64,000 nt of DNA from an uncultured Acidobacteriota bacterium. GTDB taxonomy: Bacteria > Acidobacteriota > Thermoanaerobaculia > UBA5066 > Gp7-AA6. The notes beneath the pieces were generated by a model. It was not told the DNA's origin and did no database searches. It saw only the letters and a program-made list of their open reading frames with translations. Of this stretch, positions 46,781-59,362 are shown in pieces. The DNA is taken from positions 2,270,346 to 2,334,345 of the forward strand of contig CAWGSA010000002.1 of NCBI GenBank assembly GCA_963825175.1. The letters run 5' to 3'. A program made the translations under genes and the position numbers. Within the stretch, counting starts at the first letter, position 1. Every line of letters starts with the position of its first letter.

Positions 46781-48519
46781 CTACCGGACCCCGACGACGG
46801 CCGGGTGATTGGCCGCGGTCGAGAAATAGGGCGGGATCCCGGATTTGGCCCGCTTCGCCTCCTCGATCGTCGCGTACCGGCCCCACAGGACCCGGAAACA
46901 GTCGCGTCCGCCGTGTTTCGTCGTCAACACCCACATCGACCCCGCCGGGTGGTCGTGTTTCCAGGCTTCCGCCAGAGACGGAACCTCGCAAACGAGCTCC
47001 AGCTGGATGGCGTACCGCGTCCGCTTCTCCGCCTTCAGGCGGCGGGCGTCCTTTGCGGCCCTCTCCAGCCAGGCCGAGCGTCCGGAGGCCGGGACGGGAG
47101 CCGTCTCTTCCGCCCCCCGAGCCGGGCTGGGCCTCGGGGACGGGGCGGGGGAAGCCGCAGGGCGGCGCGCGGTCGGCGCACGGGAGGCGGAGGCGGTCGC
47201 GGCCGGGGCCGTTGTCGGAGCCGGAGCGGCGGTCGGCCGGGACGTCGGCGCCGCGGCTGCCGCGGTGCGGGCTCCGGCGGGCATCGCAGCGGGTGTCGGA
47301 AGGGCCGGGCGCGGCGTCTCCCGCCGCGCGGACCACGACTTGAGAAGGAGTGTGGCGGCGACCGCCAGCAGCAGAACGATCAGCAGGGTTCCGAACAGGA
47401 ACGGGCGCCTTCGGCCCGGAGGCCCATCTCCCCCTCCGCTCTCAAGGACCGGCGCGGGTCCGCGCTCCGACGGCTCGGGCGGAGGCTCCCAGGGCGGAGC
47501 CGCCGGCGTCTCCCAGATCGGCTGCGTCGTTCCGGTGAGGGACGCCTCGCGCGCGTCGAGGCCAGGCGCCTCCGGGTCGAGCGACCGCCATCTCTCCTCC
47601 GACGCTTCGGGCGCGTCCTCCGGTTCGCCGGCCGACGCGCGCGTCGCCAGCGGCAGATCGGCCAGCTCGCCGTCGTTCTGAGTCTCGCCCGCGGGGGGCT
47701 CACCGGCATCGGCTGAGGAGAGCGCCACGGTCCACGGCTCCAGGGCCGCCGGCTCGCTCGGGGCGGGTTCCTCCGATGCTTCGACCGCGGAGAGCGGAGC
47801 CGGCGCCGGGTCCTCGAATTGCCCCGATCGCAGCAACCCCAGCGTTTTCAAGGCGGCCAGGAGTTTCAGGACCGCGAACTCCTCCGCCGGCGCGCGCTCG
47901 GAAATCTCCATCGCGCTGGCCTGCCCGTCGATCAGCGCCACGACCGATTCCGCGTCCGCGGTCAAGCCGAACGTCGCGAACTCCTCGTCGAACGCGGCCG
48001 AACGCAGCAGCGGCGCGTCGGTCGGGCCGAGCTGGTGTTCGACCAGATGGCGGTCGCGCGAGCGCAGGAAGAGCTCGAGCAGCAGCCGGGGCACGGTCAG
48101 GGTGAACTCGCCGCGGGCAGGCCGCGCCTCCTGGTCGAAGACGTACCGGCCGTCGGGCCAGGACAGCAGATCAGCCAGGATCTCGATGGCGCGGATCTTC
48201 TCTCCCCATTTCCACTCCCGCTTCGTGAGAATTCCGGCGGCCAGCGCGGCCAGGGCGCCGTCGCTGCCGGGGGGCACGGAAAGACGCTCCACCGCCGCGG
48301 CGTCCAGCTTTCCGGCCCGAACCAGGATGGCCGACGTTTCGAACCGGGCCTCGGACGAGGAAATCGCCGTGATCTCGCCGTCGGCCAGGTCGAAGCCGGC
48401 GCTGGCGGCTCCGCCCCGCGAAAAGCGCAACGATCCGCTGCGGGCCTCTCTCCACAACGCCACGAACGCGGCGAGGAGGTCGACTTCGCGAACCTCACCG
48501 GCGGCCCCGAAGGCCTCCT

Positions 48520-48523
<4 letters not shown>
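46781..48523 (-). CDS. DUF4388-domain protein with Pro/Ala-rich linker, one TM and a C-terminal SPOR-like domain
   Basis: N-terminus VREVDLLAAFVALWREARSGSLRF (DUF4388-like). TM FLFGTLLIVLLLAVAATLLL. C-terminus YAIQLELVCEVPSLAEAWK..MWVLTTKHGGRDCFRVLWGRYATIEEAKRAKSGIP resembles the SPOR (septal peptidoglycan-binding) fold. Confidence 0.6.
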
Positions 48524-50331
<1,808 letters not shown>

Positions 50332-50354
50332 GCGATCAGTGTAACCCCGAGGTA

Positions 50355-50594
50355 TTGCCGAAATTTCTGTATGATCCAGTTCCGCCGATGAACGAATGCC
50401 CCTACTGCTACGCGCCGGTCAAGCCCACCGACGATGTCTGTCCCAAGTGCAACCGCGCCATTGCCCGATGGCAGACCGGCTTCTATGCGCGGCAGCCTCT
50501 TCCTTCCCGAACCCGCACCATCGTGTGGGCGGTGGCCGCGGGGGTCTTTCTCCTGATCCTCACGGGCTTCGCCAAGTCGTGCCACTGGATATGA
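50355..50594 (+). CDS. Small zinc-ribbon (CPxC...CPxC) protein with C-terminal TM helix
   Basis: MNECPYCYAPVKPTDDVCPKCNRAI then IVWAVAAGVFLLILTGFA. It lies between the divergent uvrC and the convergent uvrB. No clear RBS, and the start is ambiguous (50355 or 50388). Confidence 0.35.
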   Translation: MPKFLYDPVPPMNECPYCYAPVKPTDDVCPKCNRAIARWQTGFYARQPLPSRTRTIVWAVAAGVFLLILTGFAKSCHWI

Positions 50595-50696
50595 CCATCG
50601 CTCCTTGCAGCGCAGGCGGTCGCTTCGCGACCGGCGCTGCGAGGTTCTCAACGAGGGTTGCGGAGGCTTCGCGCGCCGCGAACCAAGGCCCGAAAA

Positions 50697-52772
50697 TCAG
50701 CGGAAGATCTGGAGCTCGCGGAGGGACCGGAGCTCGTCGCGCAGCTGGGCGGCTCGCTCGAAGTCGAGCTCCTTGGCCGCGGCCTTCATCGCCTTCTCCA
50801 GCTCGCTGATCCGCCGCGACAGGGACTCGGCGTCGGGAAGGCCGGGGGGCGCAGGGGCGATCAGCCGGTCGTGGTAATCGAGGCTCGCCATCCGCACGAG
50901 GGGTGAGTTGACCTGCTTGACGATCGAGGCCGGCTCGATGCCGTGCTCGGCGTTGTACGCGTCCTGGATGCGCCGGCGCCGCGACGTCTCGTCGATCGCC
51001 CTCTGCATGGAGTCGGTCACGGCGTCGGCGTAGAACAGCACGCGTCCGTGCAGGTTCCGCGCGGCGCGGCCCGAGGTCTGGATCAGGGACGTCTCGCTGC
51101 GCAGGAATCCTTCCTTGTCCGCGTCGAGAATCGCCACCACCGCCACTTCCGGCAGGTCGAGGCCTTCGCGCAGCAGGTTGATCCCGATCAGACAGTCGAA
51201 GACGCCGCGGCGGAAATCCGTCAGGATCTGGACCCGCTCCAGGGTCTCGATGTCGGAGTGCAGGTACCGGCACCGAACTCCGACCTCGGAGAAGTATGTG
51301 GTCAGCTCCTCGGCCATCCGTTTGGTCAGAGTGGTGACCAGGACGCGCTCCCCCCGCGCCGTCGCGTCGCGCACGACGGCGAGCAGATCGTCGACCTGTC
51401 CCTTGACCGGCCGCACTTCGATCGTGGGGTCGAGCAGGCCGGTCGGACGGATGACCTGCTCCACCACCTCTCCGCCGGTCTTGGTCAACTCCTCGTGGGC
51501 CGGCGTGGCGGAGACATAGACAACCTGGTTCAAGCGCGCCTCGAATTCTTCGTACGTCAACGGCCGGTTGTCCAGCGCGGACGGAAGCCGGAAGCCATAG
51601 TCGACGAGGACCTGCTTTCGGGATCGGTCTCCGTGGAACATGCCCCGCACCTGCGGAAGGGAGACGTGGGACTCGTCGACGACCAGGAGGAAGTCCTTCG
51701 GAAAGTAGTCGATGAGGGTTGGGGGAGGCTCCCCCGGCTGCCGGCCGGAGAGATGGCGCGAATAGTTCTCGATGCCGTTGCAGTAGCCGAGCTCCTTGAT
51801 CATTTCCAGATCGAACATGGTCCGCTGGTGGAGGCGCTGGGCCTCGAGCAGCTTGCCGGCGTCAGTCAGGACGCGGAGCCGGTCGTTCAGCTCGCTCTTG
51901 ATCGTCTCGATCGCGCGCTCCAGCGTCGAGCGCGGCGTGGCGTAGAACGTCCGGGGGTAGAGCGCGATGCGGTCGAGCCGCTGGAGAGCCGTGCCCCGCA
52001 GCGGATCGACCCGCGTGATCTTCTCGATCTCGTCGCCGAAGTACTCGATCCGCACGGCGACGTCCTCGTACGCCGGGTGGATTTCGACCACGTCGCCGCG
52101 GACGCGGAACGTTCCGCGCGCCAGGTCCATGTTGGTCCGCTCGTACTGCATCTGGACCAGCTGCGCGAGCAGCGCCGGCATGCCCGAGCGGTCCCCGACC
52201 TCGAGATAGGCGAGCATGTCGTAGTAGGACTCGGGCGAGCCCAGCCCGTAGATACAGGAGACCGAGGCGACGACGATGACGTCGCGGCGCTCGAACAGGG
52301 CCTTGGACGCGGAGAGGCGCATCTTGTCGATCTCTTCGTTGCGCGAGGTCTCCTTTTCGATATAGGTGTCGCTCTGAGGGATGTACGCCTCGGGCTGGTA
52401 GTAGTCGTAGTAGGACACGAAGTACTCGACGGCGTTCTCCGGAAAGAACGACCGGAACTCCTGGTACAGCTGCGCGGCCAGCGTCTTGTTGTGAGACAGG
52501 ACCAGCGTGGGACGGTTGACCGAGTCGATCACTTTGGCCACGGTGTAGGTCTTGCCCGAGCCGGTCACCCCCAGGAGGACCTGGTGCGGCTTACCCTCCC
52601 GCAGTCCCTCGGTCAGCTTGTCGATGGCCGGCTGCTGGTCCCCTTGCGGCGTGAACTCGGTCGTGATGCGGAATCGTCCGCTGGCCCGCGACTGCGCTTC
52701 CAGGTACGTGCCCGGCTTGGGAAGCTGCGACGGGTTTTCGGGTCTCGCTTCGGATCCCGGTCGGGGGCTCAC
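50697..52772 (-). CDS. uvrB: Excinuclease ABC subunit B
   Basis: [23 protein letters not shown], Walker [11 protein letters not shown], helicase motifs, C-terminal UVR domain [26 protein letters not shown] infer a GTG start at 52772 overlapping the upstream stop (GTGA). The N-terminal 120 aa of the track ORF are not UvrB. Confidence 0.85.
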   Translation of the reverse strand: MSPRPGSEARPENPSQLPKPGTYLEAQSRASGRFRITTEFTPQGDQQPAIDKLTEGLREGKPHQVLLGVTGSGKTYTVAKVIDSVNRPTLVLSHNKTLAAQLYQEFRSFFPENAVEYFVSYYDYYQPEAYIPQSDTYIEKETSRNEEIDKMRLSASKALFERRDVIVVASVSCIYGLGSPESYYDMLAYLEVGDRSGMPALLAQLVQMQYERTNMDLARGTFRVRGDVVEIHPAYEDVAVRIEYFGDEIEKITRVDPLRGTALQRLDRIALYPRTFYATPRSTLERAIETIKSELNDRLRVLTDAGKLLEAQRLHQRTMFDLEMIKELGYCNGIENYSRHLSGRQPGEPPPTLIDYFPKDFLLVVDESHVSLPQVRGMFHGDRSRKQVLVDYGFRLPSALDNRPLTYEEFEARLNQVVYVSATPAHEELTKTGGEVVEQVIRPTGLLDPTIEVRPVKGQVDDLLAVVRDATARGERVLVTTLTKRMAEELTTYFSEVGVRCRYLHSDIETLERVQILTDFRRGVFDCLIGINLLREGLDLPEVAVVAILDADKEGFLRSETSLIQTSGRAARNLHGRVLFYADAVTDSMQRAIDETSRRRRIQDAYNAEHGIEPASIVKQVNSPLVRMASLDYHDRLIAPAPPGLPDAESLSRRISELEKAMKAAAKELDFERAAQLRDELRSLRELQIFR

Positions 52773-53257
52773 GGGGTCGGCGAGGGCGCCGGGGCGGGGG
52801 ACGCCGGAGACGCCGCGCCCTCGGCCACGGCCTGGCGGTAGGCGCGGGTCAAGGCCACGACCTGTTCGTGACTGATGGTGCCGGAGCGGCTTCCCGAAAA
52901 CGTGAACTGCAGGCGCTGCATCGCCGCCCGGTCCAGACGCCGCTCCATGAGGGCGGTTCGGAAATCCGAATACGCCGCCTGGAGGTCCTTCTTGTCCTGC
53001 TCCGTCACGTCCGATCCATAGCGCGACTCGACCTGCCGCATCATGAGGTCGGTGAAAAAGACGGGATTCCGCCGCGCGTACAGGAAGAGGCCGACGATCA
53101 CCGCCAGCAGGGCGATGGCCAGAACGCCGCATCCGATGAGCGCAGCCCGCGCGCAGCCCCGGCCGCCGGACGGAGCCTCAGACGGTGCGGGCACGGGAGG
53201 GATGACCGGGCTCTCCACGACGCTGGGCTTATAGCATAGAAGCGCGGAATGCCTCAC
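52769..53257 (-). CDS. Hypothetical single-TM protein (Pro-rich N- and C-termini)
   Basis: [28 protein letters not shown] start only 11 nt from the divergent mrcA start, so the real start is probably internal. Weak call. Confidence 0.3.
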   Translation of the reverse strand: MRHSALLCYKPSVVESPVIPPVPAPSEAPSGGRGCARAALIGCGVLAIALLAVIVGLFLYARRNPVFFTDLMMRQVESRYGSDVTEQDKKDLQAAYSDFRTALMERRLDRAAMQRLQFTFSGSRSGTISHEQVVALTRAYRQAVAEGAASPASPAPAPSPTP

Positions 53258-53268
53258 AATAGCGGTCC

Positions 53269-55659
53269 GTGCCCCGCCGCATCCTCTTTCTCGGTGCGCC
53301 CCTGGTCGCCGTGGGCCTGTTGGGCGTCCTGGCCGGCTCGGTGGCGACCGGCTTCGTCCGCGTCCCCCGCGTTTCGGCGCTCGAGACGTATCGGCCCGAC
53401 ATCATCACCGAGATCCGGGCCACCGACGGTTCGACGATTGCCCGCTACGCGATCCAGCGCCGGATCCTGATCTCGCGCTCGGAAATCCCCGCGGTGCTGA
53501 AGAACGCCATCGTGGCGACGGAGGACAAGAACTTCTATCGCCACGGCGGCGTCGACCTGGTCCGAACGGTGTCGGCGGTCGTGGCGGATCTTCGGCACCA
53601 ACGCTACGCCCAGGGCGGTTCCACCCTGACCCAGCAGCTGGCCAGAGCGATCTTCCTTTCCCCGCGCAAGACGATCTCCCGAAAAGTCAACGAGGCCCTT
53701 GTGTCCTTCGAGATCGAGAGGCGCTACTCGAAGGATCAGATCCTGACGATGTACGTCAACGAGATCTACCTGGGGCACGGCAACTACGGATTCGAGGCTG
53801 CCGCGCGCTACTACTTCGGCAAGAGCGTCAAGGAGCTGACGCTGCCGGAGGCGGCCCTGCTCGCCGGAATCGTCCAGCGTCCCGAAGACCAGTCTCCCTT
53901 TCGCAACCCCGTCCTGGCCCGGGCCCGGCGCGCCACGGCGCTGCGTCGCATGCGGGCCGCCGGATTCATCACCGAGGAGCAGCGCCGCTCGGCCGAAGAG
54001 GAGCCCCTGCCGGCCGCGCCTTCGCTGAAGGAAACGGTGGTCGCGCCGTACTTCTGCGAAGAGATCCGTCAGTATCTGGAGCGGACGTACGGCGAGAAGG
54101 ACCTCTACCGGAGAGGATTGCGGGTCGACTCGACTCTCGATCCGCAGCTGCAGGCCGTCTCCGAGGAGGCGCTGGGCTGGGGCCTGCGCCGCCTGGCCCG
54201 CCGCCACGGCTTTCGCCGGGCGCGCAACCTCCTCGAGGAGGGCTACAAGAATCCGTCCACCTACATCGATCCATCCTGGGAGAACGCGCGCCTGGCGGAA
54301 GGAGACGCCGTCCGGGGCGTCGTCGAGAACGCGGCGCGCGCGGGGGCCGAGGTCCGCATCGCCGGCAAGACGTTCCCTCTGCGGCCGTCGGGGTACGCCT
54401 GGACCGGCGCCGCGTCCGCCGCGAAGATCCTGAAGTCCGGCGATCTCGTGACCGTGACCATCCAGAAAGAGAAGGACGGAGGCGCCTTGCAGCTGGAGAA
54501 CGATCCGCGCGAGCAGGGAGCGGTCCTGATTCTGGAGAACTCGACCGGCGCGGTCCGGGCGATGGTCGGTGGGTACGACTGGTCCACGTCGAAGTTCAAC
54601 CGCGCGACCCAGGCGCTGCGGCAGGCCGGGTCCACCTTCAAGCCGTTTGTCTACCTGACGGCGCTGGAAGAGGGGTTCACTCCCTCCGACACGATCTTCG
54701 ATGAGCCGATCGCGATCCGGTACGATCCCCGCAGGCCTCCCTACGAGCCGAGCAACTACGACAAGAAGTTCCGGGGCATCGTGACGCTGCGCCGAGCCCT
54801 CGAGCACTCGATCAATGTGCCGACGATCCGGCTCGCGCAGATGGTCGGACTCCAGAACGTGATCGGGACCGCGCAGCGCCTGGGCATCCACGAGCGGCTC
54901 GAAGCCTGGCCCTCTCTGCCCCTGGGCTCCTTCGAGGTCACTCTGTTCGAGATGACGTCGGTGTACTCGGTCTTCGCCAATCAGGGCCTCGCGTTCCAGC
55001 CCTACACCTTCGAGCGCATCACCGACGCCGACGGGGATCCCCTCGAGCAGACGCACCCGGAGGCGCGGGAGGTCGAGAGCCCGCAGGCCGCTTTTCAACT
55101 CCTGCAGATGTTGAAGGGCGTCACGCAGCGGGGAACCGGAGCCGCGGCCGCTTCTCTCAAGCTCAATATCGCCGGCAAGACAGGCACGACGTCGGACTTC
55201 ACCGACGCCTGGTTCATCGGGATGACTCCCCGCTACACCGTCGGCGTCTGGGTGGGCAACGATCTGAAGACGGTCAGCCTGGGCCCGGGCATGGAGGGCG
55301 CAAGGGTCGCGCTGCCGATCTGGATGCGCATCCTGCAGGCGATGAAGGACCGCGGCCGGATCGATCCGAGCGCCGACTTCGAGGCTCCGCCCAACGTCGT
55401 CTTCACCCCTGTCGACTACGAGACGGGGCTCAAGGCCACTCCCAACAGCCCCCGCCCGATCCTCGAGGCGTTCGTGAACGGTTCGCAGCCGACCGAGGAA
55501 TGGAGCTCCAAGTGGGAGGACATCATCCGCCTTCCCTGGTCTCTGCAGAAGTCGTTCTACATGCCCAAGAAGGGCGAAGCCGGAGAAGCCGCGGTGGACA
55601 CTCCGGCGACGACGCCCGTTCCGCTCGCGCCCACGCCGGTTCCCCAGGCCGTGCACTGA
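53269..55659 (+). CDS. mrcA: Penicillin-binding protein 1A (bifunctional transglycosylase/transpeptidase)
   Basis: GT51 motifs ATEDKNFYRHGGVD, GGSTLTQQLAR, RKVNEAL. Transpeptidase STFKP, SIN, KTGTT. Confidence 0.9.
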   Translation: MPRRILFLGAPLVAVGLLGVLAGSVATGFVRVPRVSALETYRPDIITEIRATDGSTIARYAIQRRILISRSEIPAVLKNAIVATEDKNFYRHGGVDLVRTVSAVVADLRHQRYAQGGSTLTQQLARAIFLSPRKTISRKVNEALVSFEIERRYSKDQILTMYVNEIYLGHGNYGFEAAARYYFGKSVKELTLPEAALLAGIVQRPEDQSPFRNPVLARARRATALRRMRAAGFITEEQRRSAEEEPLPAAPSLKETVVAPYFCEEIRQYLERTYGEKDLYRRGLRVDSTLDPQLQAVSEEALGWGLRRLARRHGFRRARNLLEEGYKNPSTYIDPSWENARLAEGDAVRGVVENAARAGAEVRIAGKTFPLRPSGYAWTGAASAAKILKSGDLVTVTIQKEKDGGALQLENDPREQGAVLILENSTGAVRAMVGGYDWSTSKFNRATQALRQAGSTFKPFVYLTALEEGFTPSDTIFDEPIAIRYDPRRPPYEPSNYDKKFRGIVTLRRALEHSINVPTIRLAQMVGLQNVIGTAQRLGIHERLEAWPSLPLGSFEVTLFEMTSVYSVFANQGLAFQPYTFERITDADGDPLEQTHPEAREVESPQAAFQLLQMLKGVTQRGTGAAAASLKLNIAGKTGTTSDFTDAWFIGMTPRYTVGVWVGNDLKTVSLGPGMEGARVALPIWMRILQAMKDRGRIDPSADFEAPPNVVFTPVDYETGLKATPNSPRPILEAFVNGSQPTEEWSSKWEDIIRLPWSLQKSFYMPKKGEAGEAAVDTPATTPVPLAPTPVPQAVH

Positions 55660-55681
55660 GCCGTCCATCGGCAATGACGAC

Positions 55682-57004
55682 TTGAAGACCCCGAGCGTCC
55701 CGATTCCATCGCCCGCCGACCAGTCCCCCGCTCTCTTCTCCCCCTCGTCCTGGCTCGGTGCGGGTCGTTCGATCCTTTTCGCCCGCGGCAGCGACGCCGC
55801 CGCGCGATTTGTCCTGTTCCTCGCCGCGGCGCGCGTCCTGACCTCCACCGATTTTTCGGTCTATGCCCTGCTCACCGCGGCGCTGGCCACGTGTCAATGG
55901 ACGCTTTCGCTGGGCGCTCCGCGCATCGCGCTGTACTTCCACGCCCTGGGACGGCGCGGGACGCTGTTCGGATGGCTCTACCTTCTCGCCCTCTTCGCCA
56001 GCGTGCCGGTCTTCGGAGTGACTCTGGCCGCTCCTCCCCTGCGCCATGTCCTGTTCCCGGCGGTTCCGACCGGCTGGATCCTCCTGGGGCTGGCGCCGCT
56101 TCCCTTCTCGCTGGTGGGAGACTCGCTGGCTTCGACGCTCATCGCCGCCGGGCGCACGCGCGCTTACGGCGCGACTCTCTGGATTCGCAACGCCGGAACC
56201 GCGATCGTGCTGGCCTCGAGTCTGACCTCCCGCGATCGGCTGTTGTGGATTCTGGCCGGTCGCCTTGCCGTCCAGGGAGGCGTCGCCGCGATCACGGCCG
56301 TGGCGGCGCACGCCCGGCCGCGGATGGGAGGCCTCCGCGCCTTCATTCCTGAAGCGCTGGCCTACGGCGTACCCACCGCCCTCTCCGACGGCGTCGTGGC
56401 GGTGCACCGCCGCGCGGACGTGTTCCTGCTCTCGGCCCTCGGACGCACGCCGGAGATCGGGGCTTATGCCCTGGCCTATGCACTGGCCGAAGCGTTCTGG
56501 CTGGTGACCGACTCTTTCGAGGCCGCGCTCTTCGTCGACATCACCAGACGTCCCGACGTCGACGCGCGTGCCGCCGCCGCCCGGGCGTTCCGGCTCTCGC
56601 TGTGGATCGGCCTGTGCGGGTTCCTGCCCGGCGTGCTCCTGGCCCAGGGCCTTCGCAGCGTGTTCTTCGGCGGCCGCTATTCCGACGCGCGAGGGCTTCT
56701 GCCCTGGACGCTCGCGGCGGCAGTAGCGTGGGGGGTCTCCCGACCTTTCGCCTCCTATCTCGGCTCTCGCGGGCGTTTGCGAGCGCTCGTCGCCTGCCAC
56801 ACGGCCAGCCTCGCGGCGAACCTTCTCGCCAACGTGCTTTTGATTCCTCGGCATGGCGCGATGGGCGCCGCCATCGCGTCCCTCGCGAGCTACACGCTCG
56901 ACGCGATTCTGCTCGGCATCGCCTTTCGTTGGACCGGAGCCGCTGGCGATCGCGCCGCGGCCGGCGACAGGACGAGCTCAAACGGGGGTCTTGAACCGGA
57001 CTGA
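55682..57004 (+). CDS. Polysaccharide/oligosaccharide flippase-like membrane protein (MOP/Wzx-MurJ superfamily)
   Basis: About 12 TM helices, 440 aa, immediately downstream of mrcA. Family-level call only. Confidence 0.55.
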   Translation: MKTPSVPIPSPADQSPALFSPSSWLGAGRSILFARGSDAAARFVLFLAAARVLTSTDFSVYALLTAALATCQWTLSLGAPRIALYFHALGRRGTLFGWLYLLALFASVPVFGVTLAAPPLRHVLFPAVPTGWILLGLAPLPFSLVGDSLASTLIAAGRTRAYGATLWIRNAGTAIVLASSLTSRDRLLWILAGRLAVQGGVAAITAVAAHARPRMGGLRAFIPEALAYGVPTALSDGVVAVHRRADVFLLSALGRTPEIGAYALAYALAEAFWLVTDSFEAALFVDITRRPDVDARAAAARAFRLSLWIGLCGFLPGVLLAQGLRSVFFGGRYSDARGLLPWTLAAAVAWGVSRPFASYLGSRGRLRALVACHTASLAANLLANVLLIPRHGAMGAAIASLASYTLDAILLGIAFRWTGAAGDRAAAGDRTSSNGGLEPD

Positions 57005-57027
57005 CGTTACGCGTTACGCCGTCACCG
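57005..57027. repeat. Short tandem array (CGTTACG)x2-CCGTCAC. A related GCCGTCACTGCTG copy lies at 57122-57134, inside the rplI 3' end
   Basis: Direct rather than inverted copies. It shares the GTCAC(T/C)GCT motif with the right arm of the 6596-6736 element. Weaker member of the family. Confidence 0.35.
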
Positions 57028-57116
57028 CTGGGGAGGCTGAGCCGGGCCGCGGCGGTCGCTGCGGGGACCAGGCGGCCAAACCGGTTCGAAACGAGGGGCT
57101 TCGATCGAGGTGGAAG

Positions 57117-57575
57117 TTAAGCCGTCACTGCTGCCGGGGGCTGGACCTCTACGGTCATTTCAACGACGACGTCGCGATGGAGCCGGACGTGGACCTTGTG
57201 GGTTCCGACCCGCTTGATGGGCTCGGCGACTTCCACACGGCGTCGGTCGACCTCGATGCCCCTCGAGGCCAGGGCGTCGGCGATCTCCGAAGCGGTGACC
57301 GATCCGTAGAGGACGCCTTCCTCTCCCGCCTTCTTCGTCAGGACCACCGCCAGTCCGTCCATCTTTCTGGCCACTTCCTCGGCCACTCTCTTTTCCTGGA
57401 GCATCCGCTCGTCGTACTTCTTCTTTTCATCGCCCAGGCGTCGGACGTTGGCGTCGGTGGCCTCGTAAGCGATTCGCTGGGGAAAGAGAAAGTTGCGGGC
57501 GTACCCCGGCTTGACCGTGACGGTGTCGCCGCGGTGTCCGAGCCCCCGTACGTCGTCGGCCAGAATGACTTTCAT
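57117..57575 (-). CDS. rplI: 50S ribosomal protein L9
   Basis: MKVILADDVRGLGHRGDTVTVKPGYARNFLFPQRIA, 152 aa. ATG at 57573-57575. The upstream part of track ORF 57117..57962 is spurious. Confidence 0.9.
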   Translation of the reverse strand: MKVILADDVRGLGHRGDTVTVKPGYARNFLFPQRIAYEATDANVRRLGDEKKKYDERMLQEKRVAEEVARKMDGLAVVLTKKAGEEGVLYGSVTASEIADALASRGIEVDRRRVEVAEPIKRVGTHKVHVRLHRDVVVEMTVEVQPPAAVTA

Positions 57576-58570
57576 GACTCCCTGGTCCCCCTGCCTCGGC
57601 GGCGAAAGTCCGCGTACCAGTCGAACAATCCCAGTACCACAACCCCCACGTTGATCGGGACGTAGATCACCAGGGCGTACAGCCCGACGCGGAGAATTCT
57701 CGACCGGAGCCACTTCCGGGCGAAGTGGCAGATGATAGAGAGCCCGGCCACAAAATACAAGGCCACAAGGGGCCACAACAGATTCCCGGCGATCCGGCTG
57801 GCCGGAGCTGGAGCGAGGGCCCAGCCCGCTCCGGTCGCCACGAACACGGCCACGACCGGCGCGGGGATCCGCAGCGCCTCGAACCGGGCGGCCAGGGCCG
57901 AGGGAGCCGGGCGGGCGGCCCACGCGCCGACATAGAAGCTGATCGCGCCGCCCAGGATCCACGAGACTCCGATCAGTCCAATCCAGAAGCGCTTACAGAA
58001 GGTCCGGGCTGCCTCGAGGGTGGCATGGAGCCGTGCAGCCGTCTCCGAATCGACCGCTGCGCGGCCCGGTTGGGCCGCCAGACGGGCCCACTCGTCGAAG
58101 CCCCGATCGATCTCCCGGCTCATCGTGGCGTCGGAGGCATTCGACCAGGCAAGCAGAACACCGCAGGCGAGGGCGAACCCCGTGCCGCAAAGCGCGAGAT
58201 AGGCTCGGGAAGGATCGCTTCCGCGGTGGACGGCCCCGGCGAAGAGGGCCGGCAAAGCGGTGAGGACGGCGGCGAAGAGCGCTCCCGAGGCCGCCTCCGA
58301 GAGCCCCCCCGCAGCCCACCCGACCAGGAAGAGGAGAGAGGCCGCGATCGCCGCGGCCGTCAGTCCGGCAACGGCTCCCCTGCGATGCGCGATCCGGGTG
58401 GTCGAGACCGGGGCGAACGGAAGAGCGAAGGGACCGGCGACGGGAAGGACCAGGAAAGCCGCAAGAAAGAGAGTGGTCGTCGCAGCCGCCGAGAGGATTT
58501 CCAGCGCAAGCCGCGGAGGGTTCGGCGGCAGCAAGACCTCCCCAGAGCCTGTGGGCGCGGAGGACATCAC
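57572..58570 (-). CDS. DUF2232 (YybS-like) polytopic membrane protein
   Basis: Multi-TM, and it occupies the conserved rpsR-yybS-rplI position seen in Firmicutes-like operons. Confidence 0.65.
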   Translation of the reverse strand: MMSSAPTGSGEVLLPPNPPRLALEILSAAATTTLFLAAFLVLPVAGPFALPFAPVSTTRIAHRRGAVAGLTAAAIAASLLFLVGWAAGGLSEAASGALFAAVLTALPALFAGAVHRGSDPSRAYLALCGTGFALACGVLLAWSNASDATMSREIDRGFDEWARLAAQPGRAAVDSETAARLHATLEAARTFCKRFWIGLIGVSWILGGAISFYVGAWAARPAPSALAARFEALRIPAPVVAVFVATGAGWALAPAPASRIAGNLLWPLVALYFVAGLSIICHFARKWLRSRILRVGLYALVIYVPINVGVVVLGLFDWYADFRRRGRGTRES

Positions 58571-58651
58571 AGGTTCGGAACCGGGCGGAACGTCCGGCGG
58601 CGAAACCTCCGGAGGTTTCCGGCCACGCCGCCCGACGTCTTCCGCGATTGG

Positions 58652-58933
58652 CTAGTCCGTGACGTACGGAAGAAGGGCGATCGAGCGCGCGCGCTTGATC
58701 GCCGTCTGGAGCTTGCGCTGGTGGAGGGCGCACGTCCCCGAGATGCGGCGCGGCAGAATCTTGCCCCGCTCCGGGATGAAGGATTGAAGAAGCTTGACAT
58801 CCTTCCAGTCGACGTACTCGAGCTTTTCCGCGCAGAACTTACAGACCTTGCGGCGGCGAACGAAAAACTTCTTGCGGCCGGTCGGCTTGCCTTCGCGGTC
58901 GCGCGATCCACCTCGCTGCGGCATCGCGGCCAT
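58652..58933 (-). CDS. rpsR: 30S ribosomal protein S18
   Basis: [65 protein letters not shown]. Confidence 0.9.
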   Translation of the reverse strand: MAAMPQRGGSRDREGKPTGRKKFFVRRRKVCKFCAEKLEYVDWKDVKLLQSFIPERGKILPRRISGTCALHQRKLQTAIKRARSIALLPYVTD

Positions 58934-59343
58934 TACTCACTCCTTTCCGAAACCGGGGCCCCGGCGGCTTCCGCCACCGGAGCGGGGGCCGGCCGCGGCG
59001 GGCGTTTCGCGGCCTTGATCTTCTGGCGCTCGGCGGCCTTGGCCGCGCGCTTCAACTCTTCGTCGGCCCGAACGGACAGATGGCGAAGGATCTGATCGGA
59101 CAGCTTCAGCCGGCGCTCCGTTTCGGCGACCACCGCGGGTTCCGCCTTGACCTGGAAGTGGTGGTAGTACGCGTCCCGCTTGCGCTCGATCGGATACGCG
59201 AGCTTCCGGCGTCCCCAGGACTCGTCCCGGACCATCTCGGCTCCGCCGTCGGTCAATATCTTGCGGTAGTCGGCGGTGATCTTGGCCGCCTCCTCTTCGG
59301 AAACGTCCGGGGTCACCAGCACGACGATGTCGTAGAGCCTCAT
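58933..59343 (-). CDS. rpsF: 30S ribosomal protein S6
   Basis: [19 protein letters not shown]...[19 protein letters not shown]. The stop overlaps the rpsR ATG. Confidence 0.9.
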   Translation of the reverse strand: MRLYDIVVLVTPDVSEEEAAKITADYRKILTDGGAEMVRDESWGRRKLAYPIERKRDAYYHHFQVKAEPAVVAETERRLKLSDQILRHLSVRADEELKRAAKAAERQKIKAAKRPPRPAPAPVAEAAGAPVSERSE

Positions 59344-59362
59344 CGGATCCTCCTCATGGATG

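Noticed and set aside
57117-57962. 281-aa ORF extending rplI upstream
   Set aside because: The L9 homology starts at MKVILADD (ATG 57575). The upstream part overlaps the DUF2232 membrane gene in another frame.
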